Of a stretch of 64,000 nucleotides of DNA, positions 11,540 to 23,150 are shown piece after piece. Position numbers and translations under genes: made by a program. Under the pieces are notes generated by a model. It saw only the letters and a list, made by a program, of their open reading frames with translations. It had not been told where the DNA came from and ran no database searches. The stretch covers positions 23,314,001-23,378,000 of the forward strand of contig CM052818.1 in the NCBI GenBank assembly GCA_028534125.1, given 5' to 3'. The DNA comes from Lama glama (taxonomy: Eukaryota). Each line of letters begins with the position of its first letter. Position 1 is the first letter of the stretch.

Positions 11540-14500
11540 AGGGGCTAGAGTGGAATTTAGCACTGCTGGGCCCGGGCAGGAGGGCCCCATGTGTTACAAA
11601 CACACAGAAAGATGTCACTTGGTTGTGGCACTCAACATGTGCATGGTGTGACCTGCAGCTCCAGCCAGACCTTTGCTCTCTAACAGCATTCAGGCTCTAG
11701 CAAATGCTTCTCCATTTGTCCTTACTGGCTTGTCCTTGAAATGAAAGGCGGCTGTGTTTTGATGTGAGGAAGTTTTGGGAGCTGTCTTGCCGCCAATATC
11801 AGAAAGGAGAATTTTGGTGGCAGAAGCCCTTAGGTGGGGAAAATACTGATTAACTTGTGAAAATGTTCCTCTCAGGTAGCATAAATCCTATTGATTCTTA
11901 CCAAGTGTTATCTTCCAGAAGCGCTAAGAATCTGTTTTCCTGGCTTCTCTTTAATTTCCAATTCCTGGTGATGAAGATGTTCAGGAATTAGCTCAATATT
12001 AATATCTGTAACAATTGCAAATATCCAGTGTCTAAGGAACGTGTGCAACCCTCAATTCATACTACGCTGAGATTTGCATACGTGTATGTCTCGATGGAAC
12101 TCCTGTGAGGCCTAACACCTGTTCCTCACATGAGCAGACAACCAGATAGCCTTTGGATGCTAGAACTGTGAGGCTTCATTGCAATTTAAAAATAAAGGAT
12201 GCTTTCTTTTTATAAAAATGCTAAGTATGGTCAAATTAAATTTTCAGAAAATCAAATTACAACATCACTGTTATTTAAAATTTTATATTCATTCATTCTG
12301 ATTTGGATTTTGCCATAAAATTTTAATGGATAGTTATAAATATTAAAATATTCTTAAAATAAATGTCAAATACAGGTAAACATAATTTTCCTTGTTCATT
12401 TTCCCCCATTTTTGATGAGATCTACTCAAATGAGGCAAATTTGAATAGGGTCACATTTCACATTAATCTTCTCATCGTTGAGAATGAATGAAATGAATAC
12501 AAGTCAAGATTGTGATTAAAAATAAAAAATAGGAGAGTAAAGCTTGGAAGCTGAAAAGAAACAGAAAATTGCCAAAGAGGCGATCTAATTAAATCATTAA
12601 AAACAGCAGAAAAAAACAAAAGTGAGGATGATTTTGTTGGACTATTCCATATAAAATTTTTACACCGAACCTTACAAATTATTTCTTTAGTGAAGATTTA
12701 ATTAGCAGTCAAAAGAATGAAAGTGTAAAAGGGAATTGTTTGTATCACATTTACAACTCAGAAGCCCTGGATGCAGCTCGTGCCTGTCTAGGAGACACGA
12801 AGAAAATGACATTCATGAAATTAGCCCAGTGGGAGGAGAATGATGAATGGAAACTTTGGGAACTTTACTGTGCTTGTGGGAGGCTGGTTCTGGAAAATTG
12901 CCCATCATGTCCTCCTCACTGCAGAAGAGTATTTCCTTAAAACACAGTCCCATCCAAATGAACGGCTATAAATTTTGTTTCGATGAACGTGGCAAGATAA
13001 TTTAATATTTCATCTCATACCACCATTCTTTCATTTGGAGAAAGAACTTGTAGAAACTGGCTTCTATATGTTAAGTTCAAAGACCATATTTGTTCATTCA
13101 GTACCAATTACAATCAATCTTTTAAGATCAGCTTTGGGGGAGGAGGTTATTTACAGCCAGAAGAGGTCAATCACTTGTACACACACACAAAAATCACCCA
13201 AGCAATTGTTCAAGAGAGAAAGGCAGCAGACATTTAGTGGTATTTAACAAAGACAAGTAAACACCAATACAGAATATTGGTGAGATATTTTTAAAAGAAA
13301 AATATTTATGTGCCCAATATTTAGCCAAACAAAATGATGCTTTTCATGGTAATAGGTATCTTTACGGAAAACAGTGGAAGGTTGTCTGGGTTTTATATAA
13401 ATGATTTAAACATTTTCTGCTAGAATGATTAAACATGAAACAGAGATTTAAAGAGAATCAAATGATCATTATTGAAGATGGAGGATTAAAAAGAGATTAT
13501 TAAGTCAATGGATAATAAAATGATAAAAACATACATAATTTTAAAAATAGAAAACATTACTCAGTTCAACTAGATTGTAGCAGAGTCAAGAGTCTTGTTG
13601 AATAACATATTTATGACACTCATTGCTAAACTATCAGAAAAAAACAGGAAACATAAAATTAATGAATCTTTTGTTGGTTTTACACCTGTTGTGAAATATA
13701 CAGGTTTTGTCTTAACTGAAGACACAGCTTCAAATTTAGCCACTGATTTAAAAGCTTATCATAAGCTTGTGATAATGATGCTAACATGATTGTCAAAGAA
13801 AAAGGTAAACAACTCTGAAATTTAGCTGCAAGTACAGAAGCGTTCTCTGAAGAGTAGTTTGAATTTTAGCAGGACGAGCCTAGCTTTGCAGTGCTGGTAG
13901 CAGTGGCATTCCTTGGAACAACTTGCAGATTATAGACATTGTTTTCAGTATAGTTCATTGTTACTGCTCAAAGGTAGAACATCCTGATGAAACACATACC
14001 AAATCTGGCTCTGCAGACACTCTTAGCCCTACAACGGGAATTCCAATGAAATGCTGTTAAAGCAACTAGATTTAATTTAGACAAGATATGAAATACATTA
14101 GTAGAATTAAGCCGAACAATATAAGATCCTCAAAGAACAAATCTTGGTCTTTGGCAGAAAGTGAAATTAATTTTGAATTTTCACTCTTCAGTCATTTATT
14201 ATGAACTTTTGTTTGCTATAAATAGTGTTACCAAAGAGTTACAAGGACAGAAGCAAAAACAATCAAAACCCTGAACCATTAAAATGGTTTGGTTATTTCA
14301 CTTTTAAAGGGATTCTAAAAAGGTATTTAAAAATGTAGAGAAAATTGTCATTCTCAAAAAAATTGCATGATAAATATGCAACAGAAGTACTATTCCAGGA
14401 AAATACAAGTGAACCCAAACAATGAAACAAAAACATTTGTATGACTGTGGAGAAGATTCAATAATATACAATCTGGAAACTGGTTTCTATAGACTGTTTT

Positions 14501-15261
14501 CTGGCCATTCTAGATTAAGGATCTTGATCAGGGAGAAGTTTGAGCAAGTAAACCCACATCTTGCTATTTTCAGTTTTCTTTATAATAACCCAGTTCAGAA
14601 AAATTAAAAAAGAAGAACCCATGAAAATGCCATATTGATCTAGACATTGTAAGGAAAGCTAAAAATGACTATATAAGTCATAAATATGTTATTCATATAA
14701 GGACAGCAGTTTGTGTAATAAAATGAAAATATTTTGTATGTCCAGTAACAACATGAAGTTATCATACGTGACCACATTACAATATTTGAGTGTGGTATGT
14801 AAAATTCATGACTCATTTCCAATCTAAGTATTGCTTTGAGAATTGTACTGACAAGTCCAATGGTTGTTACCTGAGCAGTGTTTGCCTACATTAAAATTGC
14901 CGATTTTGGCATCTATAATTTTAGATTATAGCAACACAATAAGTGATTTGCTGAAATGAAGGACAAGACAGAGAATTTATGGAATAAGTTTATAATAGTT
15001 AATTATGGTGTATCTTTTTTACATTGCCCACCTGAACATCGTCAGCTCACCGAGACGTGCAGACATATGCAATCAGTTATCTTTGATAGTTTGCCAACTT
15101 TTAGTCATACAAGAACCATAGCTTTGCACACATTTTTCAATTTTGATGTTATGAAAGTTATATTTGTCAAGGAAGGAGGAAGGGACAGACAGTATTTAAC
15201 AGTTTTTAGCTTGATTTATAACTTTCAAATATTTAGACATATGGTATCATGGGTGGGCTTG
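11540..15261 (+). mobile_element. Near full-length decayed autonomous hAT DNA transposon (hAT-Tip100, Zaphod-like)
   Basis: Colinear hAT transposase motifs between 13.0 and 14.9 kb (next feature). The right end ttagcttgatttataactttcaaatatttagacatatggtat...gggtgggcttg resembles the Zaphod/MER115 terminus as I recall it. Left boundary uncertain. Confidence 0.8.
13037..14900 (+). pseudogene. hAT transposase pseudogene (many stops and frameshifts)
   Basis: Manual translation: GERTCRNWLLYVKFKDHIC (13037, TTF-type Zn finger region); QYLAKQNDAFHG (13315); KHYSVQLDCS (13552, first D); INESFVGFTPVVKYTG (13658); CDNDANMIVKEKGKQ (13768, second D); R*NILMKHIPNLALQTL (13972); VIYYELLFAINSVTKELQ (14191); NLSIALRIVLTSPMVVT then EQCLPTLKL (14821-14899, dimerisation domain and E). 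Confidence 0.85.
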
Positions 15262-15431
15262 AATGCTGGGCTCACTTCCAGGTGGATGTGCATGTAGCTC
15301 GGAGGAAAAGGTCTGGGAGCCCACACCTGGAGGGAAGATTAGGAACTTGGGGCAGAACTGAGAATTCGTACACAGCTGAAGTTAGTGTAAACCCAGTGCT
15401 CCTTGGGTTGCAGATAAGCATGTCTCACGAG

Positions 15432-15612
15432 AGCAGTTCTCAATCTCAGTTGCCTGTTAGAATCGTCTGGGAAAATTCAACAATACTGATGCCTGGGTTC
15501 CACTCTCAAGACAGCTTCTGATTTAGTGGTCTAGGTGGAGTTCTGAGCATCAGCATTAAAAAAAAAAAGTTTCCCTAGGTGATTCTAATGTGTATCAGTG
15601 GCTTGGAGTCCT
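15432..15612. mobile_element. MER5A-like hAT-Charlie MITE
   Basis: gcagttctcaatctcagttgcctgttagaatcgtctggg...atactgatgcctgggttcc...ttctgatttagtggtctagg...ccctaggtgattctaatgtg. Confidence 0.75.
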
Positions 15613-15754
15613 GAAAAAGTTCAAAGAACTTTGCAGGCAGGTCACCCTGTAGCCCAATGTTGGTTGTGTGGTGTCAGGCCTGGGTCACCTTAAAGTTGGA
15701 CGGGGCTGGACCAAGAGGCTGTCATCAACGGAGACAACCAGTAAGCCTTAGTTT

Positions 15755-16120
15755 CACTCATTCAACTGACGTTTATTCCACTTCTAAACTATTTTAGGAA
15801 CTGAGGACACATAAAGGAATAAAACGTGAATTCCAAAATTGGGAACAGATGTGTAAACAAAATTAATCAAGTATTACAAATATTTTGGTAAAGGATATAT
15901 GGGGTAGGGTGGCGGTGCAAGTCCATACGGGAGTAAGGATAGATAAAGGAGGTCTCAGTTGAGTCTTGAAAGACGTGGGGTCATGACGGGGTGGCTGGGG
16001 CTGAGGACCAGGAGTTTGTAGAGAGACTTCTTGAACCGGGCAGGATGAGAATCCCAGATACTTTGAGTGCAGGAACAGACGCAGGAGCGGAAACAGGAAT
16101 GTGGGAAGGCCTTGCTAGGG
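15755..16120 (-). mobile_element. LINE-2 3' fragment
   Basis: cactcattcaactgacgtttatt...taggaactgaggacac...gttgagtcttgaagacg. Confidence 0.6.
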
Positions 16121-18399
16121 TGACTGACTGGTTTCTCTTTGTCCTGGAACCACTTTCAACAGACAGTGGATGTATTCTCTGAGCAGCATCTTAGAGCGTC
16201 TTTAAATGGGGGTTATAGGAAGGGTTTCCAAGAGGTTTAAAGGCATGGGAAGGGAATCTGTTTCCAGATCCTTAACTTCTATATGTATGTTTCCTAAAGT
16301 TTCCCCATTGAAAAGCAGGCAATTGAAGCACCCTCTCAGCAGCTTCAAGCTCTTTCTCCCCTCCCACAATCGCCTTCCACGCTTCCCAGAGGCAGGCAGG
16401 ACTTCTCACCCCCTCGGACTCTCCCTGTGGTGTGCTGCCCCAGTGTGTAACCTCAGAGGCCCCCAATAAAGGGATTACTTGAAACACTTCCAGGGGCCTC
16501 CTTTAATGATTAATTAAAGAGCCATAAACCTGCCTTCTGGTTTTGTATCTTAAACACATTTCTCTGAAAGTTAAAGCATAGTGTTGGAAAAGGGTATTTT
16601 GACCTATTTTGTGACGTTTGAATTCTAATATAGTGTAGAGTGGGGGCAGTTGGACTGAAGGCAAAATTCCTTTAATGATCAGTCTTGCCTTCTCCCACCC
16701 CAGACTACTGTCAAAGAATGAGTCCCTCTTGAAGGCAATTTCTAGAAGAGAGAAGCCAAGACAGCATGAAAAATATATGAAGTGCTAAAATGGCTATTTT
16801 CAAGTGTTTAACACAAGCAATTCCTTTCAGCTGTTCTCATACTCATTCTAGCAGGCCTTATGGGCTAGGAAAAGAGCCCCACGTTTAACCAGCGCAAGTA
16901 ATTAATGATGCTGATTCTTTTAAGCTTTCCTGGTATTACCAAATTATTCAAGATACAGTTGAAAAAATACGTGGGTAAAACTTGTGATTTATTTCAGATT
17001 GTTCCGAGTTAGTCAATAAATTACTCAAAATCTATATTCTCAAATCAAATCATCAGTTGATTATACCTAATGCTTATCTCATTTCATCTTATTAAATATT
17101 TAATATTTTCTATCACTACTAATAAAAATACAAGTTATATGCTAGCTGCTAAACTGATTGGTTTTGTTTTTCAGTTGTGTATATCTTTCTCGGTCTTTAC
17201 ATGGGTAGGAAAAGTTTGATCATGTTGTTTAATAATTTCTGAATTTTAAATGTGGAATTTTATTTATGTTTTATCAAAGGCTGAATGCAAGAACTTGATA
17301 ACACACACATACATTGAAGGAATACTATTATTTTGATCAGACATCTTGCCTTGTGCAAAACAATTTTTGCTACTCATTACTTTCCATTATCACAAATTAA
17401 GGAAACAGAAATAACACATTTATTAACCATCTTGTTTCACAACTTTTAAAACCAGGGGTAATTAATTACATAGATTTACATAACTTTAATGTTGACTGTT
17501 ACTTCCCATAAATCAGTTGAGCTTAATCGATGGGTCCAATGTTTTGATCAAAACATAAAGAAGAAGCACAATGACATTAAATTATTTTGTTAGAAATTAT
17601 TACACTGGTAAAAATATGTTGAGATTACCACTATCTCCATTTTCCTAAACCTTTTAAAGTATATTGACTTGAATAAGGTGATTCTAAGTGAGAGGGTAAA
17701 ATGAATGCTTGTGAGCCATTTGATAAGTCTTGGGAAAGCTTTTTCATTATACTTTTCAGAAAATGAAAAAGCAAATGACTACTGCAAGATAGCTGGCTTT
17801 TAGTTCTTGTCAGTTTGATTTGACACCTGTTCATCATTAAAAATGAGTTTGGGAGAATGTCACTGTCATCCTTGGCATGTAACTCAGGAGTTGTTCAAAG
17901 AAGTGACATTCTAATAGCCAAACTCCTGGTTCTAGCCATCCACTAATATGGACAAGTTTCTCAGTGCTTACTTCTATTAAACTGAAAAAGAGAACAGAAT
18001 TGATTCTGAAATTCCATCTTTGTGGCAATGGACACATGGAAAATTAAGACAAGTTCTTAAGAAATACATTTCTAATGAATTTTTACTTTTTATGTAACGT
18101 ATTAATGTTTTGATCAATTGTGTACCAAATAATAATATAGTGACAACTCAATGGAGGAATATTTTTAGCACTTAGCCTTAGGATCACAAGGCATTTTTTA
18201 AGAATTAAATTTAAATTATGTATTTGTTGTAAGAAGTATGATATGATGATGATGATGAATAAGACTTTCAACCATCAAAATATTACATTAGGGTAAAATT
18301 CAGTGGGGGAAGTAATTGGAATACAAGTTCCAGCAGCAAAGGGAATGAGAAAAAATTTCCATCCATTAAATACTAGGCTGATTATGCAGCTTTAGAAAA

Positions 18400-19200
18400 G
18401 TTTTTAAAAGTTATTTGAAATTATATAGTAAAGTTAATTATTTTTGGTGGACAATTTTAAAAGTTCTGTTAAATGTATGGTGTCCTTTAATCACAACCAC
18501 AGTAAGAATACAAAACCAACCCATCACTAAGCACCTCTGCAGCCACTCCCTTCTTCTGCCCCTTTGTAGGCAGCCTGCTGCTAACTTCCCCACCCCTGGC
18601 AGCTGCTAGTTGGGTCCTGAGTCACTATAGTTTTGCCTTTTCCAGAAGGTCATACAAGTGGACTCACGCAGTATGTATTCTTCGAGGTCCCGCTTCTTCC
18701 ACTCAGCGCGATGCACCGGCGAGGCGTCCGGTGGGTGTCAGCAGTGCGCTCTTCTGTTTGTTGCGGAGCGGTATCCAGTTGCAGGGTGTAGCACCGTTCA
18801 CCGATCCACTCATTCACTGAAGAACACCGGGGTTGTCTCCAGGTCTGGTTATTATGAGTAAGCCTCTGTAGACCTCGCTTTTGTTTGTTTCGTTTCTCTT
18901 GGTTAAATGCTAAGAAGCAGGATTGCTGGTTCATATGAAAAGTCTGCGTTTAACTTTAAGAAACTGCCCAATTGTTTTCCAAGGTGGCTGTACCCTTTTG
19001 CCTTCCCACCAGCACTGTGTGTATGTGTGGTTATTTTCTTTTAAAATTGTAATTCTCACAGGTGTGTAGTAGCAGTTCATTGTGGCTTTAATTTGTATTT
19101 ACCTACTGCCTAATGATGTTTAGGATCTTTTTGTGTGATGATTTGGCACCCACATATCTTCTTTAGTGAAATATCTGTTCAGGGCCTTTGCTCATTTTGG
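18400..19200 (-). mobile_element. Old LINE-1 3' region (L1ME/L1MC-like)
   Basis: ttttgccttttccagaaggtcatacaagtggactcacgcagtatgtattc...aagaaactgcccaattgttttccaaggtggctgtac...cccaccagca...catatcttctttagtgaaatatctgttc. Confidence 0.8.
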
Positions 19201-19279
19201 GGGCGATTTCCTGAGTATTCATACTTCAATCACATGTTACATCCTTCCCTTCCCTTTTTTTCTTGATTGATGTGCAGCA

Positions 19280-19510
19280 AGAAGAGCTAATGTTTGTGTA
19301 GCAGCTAACAGTTTGCAAAGTGCCGTCTGTGATACATCACTTTATTTAATGCCACTCTAACCCCAAGGCTCTCGTTCCTGTGGTAAGGACAGGAGGGTGA
19401 TGCCCAGCCCAGAGAAATTCAGAGATTTGTCCTTGTCCCCCACTGGTGAGTCTGAAAACTGGGTTTTATATCCATATCTTTGAGCTCAGATTTCCAAATC
19501 CAATAGTCTT
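19280..19510 (-). mobile_element. MIR SINE
   Basis: gctaacagtttgcaaagtgc...catcactttatttaatgcc...agagatttgtcc. Confidence 0.5.
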
Positions 19511-20149
19511 TTCAGATACGATACCACTGTTCTTACAGTAGGCATATGAGCTTGCTCTAGAGGGCAGTAGAGAAGGGGGCATATTTTTCTAAGACCCCCG
19601 AGGGGACATAAGCGCAAAATCCCCAGGAAATGGCAACCTTGAGGATGCAGGAGCTTCCCAGCAGACTGAGGACTGAATCTGCTGGAAGAACAAAAGAGGT
19701 GCCCAGGGAGAGGGATTTGCTTGGGTAAAGGGGCTCCAAGACCCAAGGAGGAGAACACCTGCCTGCCCAGGCATTGCACCCGATGCCCGGTGCTGCCCTA
19801 ACTCTGTGCCTCTTGGTGGTAGTGGGGTGCAGACTGGAGATGGCCCTGGGGAAACCCATTTGACCCTCAACAGCAGCTATTCATCCAGAGTCCTCAGTAT
19901 GCAAAATGGTCTAGTTTTCTGGGCCATTCCAGAGGGAGAAGAGCCTGACTTGGTGATGGGAAGGGGAAGCAGTTTCTGGGAATGAGAAGGGCGGAAGTCT
20001 GGGCTGCAGGCTGAGCACGGGTGACCCCAGAGATCCGATGAGACGACCGTCACAACAGAATTTCCCTTGTGTTTGGGGACAGTTCGTATTTCTGATATTC
20101 TCCTCAGCAAATTTGGTGCTTGGAGCTCTAAGAAAGCGGCAGCAGTAGC

Positions 20150-20830
20150 AAGTGGGCTGGGTGCAAACCCCCGGCCCTTTGCTTATTCTTGTGGCCTCAG
20201 TCAAGTCCATTCACCTCTCTAGGCCCTGTTGCCTCATTTATAAAAATGGGGCTAGTGGTACTCACCTAGGTGGGTCCCCTGGCACCTTCATCTTAGGTTT
20301 TCCTAGATTGGATGCCGCATCACTGGTGACTAGCACACGACCAGACTGAACACCGATGCTGCTCAGTGAATGTTTGTGACCTACAAGTGACAGTGGGGAC
20401 GCAGCAGGTGGTAGTAGAACACTGGGTCGGCCGAACCCAAGTTCAGATCCTGGCTACGCTATCTGTTACTTGTGCAAGTTACTTAATTTCCTCCACCTCT
20501 CTTTTCTTGCCTATAAAGTGGGGATAGTTAGCGTGCCTCACAGGTTGTTGTGAAGGTGGAGAGAGGACTTGCATGTGTGGGAAGCAAGCGAGAAACTCCC
20601 GCTGTGATGACCGTAGACAGCCGTGGGGAGCGCACGTGCCGGCACCCAAGTCCCTGATCTGATAAGTGACCAGCCCTCTGACTCGGACAAGTCACCTAAC
20701 CCTTCTGAGCCTGGCTTTCTTATCTGTCACGTAGAGATGTTGGTGCTCCCTTGCCTCAGGACCACTGTACGGTTCAGATGAGGTGATACAGGGGCTAGTC
20801 TGCCATGCAGGAAGCACTAACCGGATATAG
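20150..20830 (+). mobile_element. Cluster of three MIR copies plus a short L2 end
   Basis: MIR cores at ~20200 (aagtccattcacctctctaggccctgttgcctcatttataaaaatgggg), ~20470 (gcaagttacttaatttccctccacc) and ~20690 (gacaagtcacctaacccttctgagcctggctttcttatctgt). Confidence 0.65.
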
Positions 20831-22509
20831 AGAATGATTGTGCTCTAACCCCTGTTACTCAACCACCTGAGTGCTCGGTGGGCTGTCAGGATCCTCAGTA
20901 AGGGCCCCTGAGGGCTCAAATGCCTCTACTTTAAGGAGTTTCTTTTCATGAGGGTCTGCTGCCCCCTTGTGGGTGTTATCACCAGGTTGCAAAGAATTTT
21001 CTTGGACAAGATTAGGCAGCTTGGCTCCGGGTTTCCGAGCACGGAATCCCCAGCCCCTGGGATCTGAGGCCGCAGACCTGCTCAGGGGGCTGGAGGCCAC
21101 AGCACACCTGGAGGTGTCAGCTCTGTGCAAGCGGTCCTTGGCCCGCCTTCTGGCCCAGGGCAAGTGTGGACACACTCACCAGAAGAGGGTGGAATATTCC
21201 CCCAGTTTCTTCTCAGGGAGAGAAGAGAGGCTCCGGTAGCCAAAACTCAGCGTGAGGCTGGGGCTGGAGGAAACTTCGGCTCCCGGGGAGAGACCGTTGT
21301 TGTACCCGCAAGAGGCTTGGGGTCCAAGTGAAATTTCTTTTGAAAATTTCTGTGCAGAAGGCAGTTTGACCTAAGAAGTGTTTGGATTCAGGGGTCTGGT
21401 TGCCTGTGTTCAAATCCTGACTCCTTCAGGCAAAACGCTTCCCTAAGCATCTAGGAGGGGAGACTGAGCTGCAGACGGCAAGGAGGAAGTATGCTCTTCT
21501 GTGGTGAGGAGAGGGGATCCCCTCATCTGAGAATTAGACTTCAGAGCCTGTGGTTCTGGCTTTTTAAAAACCAAAGATGCTTGGCTCTGGGCAGCCTCTC
21601 CTTCCCTCCCTCCCTCTCTCTGTCCTTCAGACCCTGGCTGTGGGCAGCAGTAAGCTACAGTCAGTGTCCCTGTGGCAGGACTGGTGAGGCAGACAGATGT
21701 GGAGGAGACCTGAGGCTTGTGGACAAGAGCATTTGCTCAGAAGTCCACTGTGGACTCTAGACAAGCAGGAGGGTATTGGCATGCCTGCGACCACCTGGTC
21801 ACCCTGGGAGGGATCACGGCCTTGTCCCCTCAAGCCCCTACCCTCTGCTCTCACAGCCAACATCCAGCACTTGGCATACACTGGCCGGGATGAGATGGAG
21901 ACTGGAAGGCCAGGTGGTGCCGCCTGTTGTGGAGGGAGCTGGGCTGAGGCCCGCCCCCAGGGGAGGAGACCCTCTGGGCGGAAGTCTTGCGTCCGCTCTC
22001 CATCCCAGTGCCCCGGGGAGCCTGTGTCTCTGGATGTCACGCACGGGTCCTGCAGCCGTGGCGCCAGGAGGACAGGGGCTTCTCCTGCTCCCATTGCAGA
22101 GAAATCTTTCTGCAGAGGCAGCAGCGGGGGCTCTTGTGGCCACAATGCTGTGCCCCCCCGCCCCCAGCTGAGGTGGGCCTCGAGCCCTGGGCGGCTCTGC
22201 TCCGAGCATCTCACTGCCCTATCATTCTTCTGCTAGGAGGAGGGACACCAGGTTGGTGCTGTCTTGGGGGCCAAGAGCACCCCCCCTACCGAGCTTCTTT
22301 GAGGCCCTGAGGGGTGATGTTCAGCCTTTCTGCCTCTGTGGAATTTATCTCTGACACCCGCAGATGAACATTGATTAGTCCTTGTCCCAGCTGTGAAAGT
22401 GCCCTCTTTTACTGCCCAAATTTTGGAAAAGCCGAAGGTGGAGAGTGAGAAAGAGAAACTCAAAACCAGGCATAATCTGCCCGCTCACAGACAATCGGTG
22501 TCAACATTC

Positions 22510-23150
22510 CAAAATTTTTGTTTTGTTAAAAAAATATATTAGAACTGTAGGAAATGTGAAAGAACGGTAGAATGAGTACCCGTATTCCTCCCACCAGATT
22601 TACCAGTTATTACCATTGGCCACATTCCCTTCCTGTCCTCTTCTCTCCATTTTTTGTGTGCAGAAATCATAACACTTCAATATCAAATATTGAGCAGGCA
22701 TTTTGTAAAGGTAAGGAACTTCTACACAGCCACAACACCCTCATCTCATCCCAGCTGAAAACTAGTGAACAATTTTATAATATCACCTAACCTACATCCT
22801 ATATGCAAAGTTTCATATTTCTCTAATTATCTCCAAAATGTCTCCTATAGTTGTGTGTGTGTGTTTAACTCTGAGCTCGAATTAAGGTTTATGCAGTGTA
22901 TTGAGTTATGTCTTTTTAGTGTCTTTTAATCAAAAATAGTCCACCTTCCTTGCCATCTTAAGAAATTTTATGATATTGACTTTTTTGAAGAGTCCAGGCT
23001 GGATTTGTTGTAGAATGTCCCGCAGCTGGAGCTATCAGCTTGTTTACTCCAGGTTAGATTCAGGTTAGGCATTTTGGCAAGAATACGTCGTTGGTGATAC
23101 CGTATTGCCTCTTGCTGAATTACATCAGGAGGCGCCTGGTGTGTCGCTGC
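22510..23150 (-). mobile_element. Old LINE-1 3' region (L1MC4/5-like)
   Basis: agaatgagtacccgtattcctcccaccagatttaccagttatt...ttttgaagagtccaggc...tgtagaatgtccc...ggttagattcaggttaggcattttggcaagaatac. Confidence 0.75.

Noticed and set aside
13037..14900. Domesticated hAT gene (ZBED/ZMYM-like)
   Set aside because: Numerous in-frame stops and frameshifts, and no long ORF.
11531..15269. 8-bp TSD and matching TIRs for the hAT fossil
   Set aside because: The flanks catgagtc and aatgctgg do not match convincingly and the left TIR is not clearly identifiable, so the boundaries stay approximate.
21627..22310. Five overlapping ORFs of 107-195 aa on both strands
   Set aside because: GC-rich, stop-poor sequence. 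The peptides are low-complexity (P/G/A/S/R), with no recognisable domain or exon structure.
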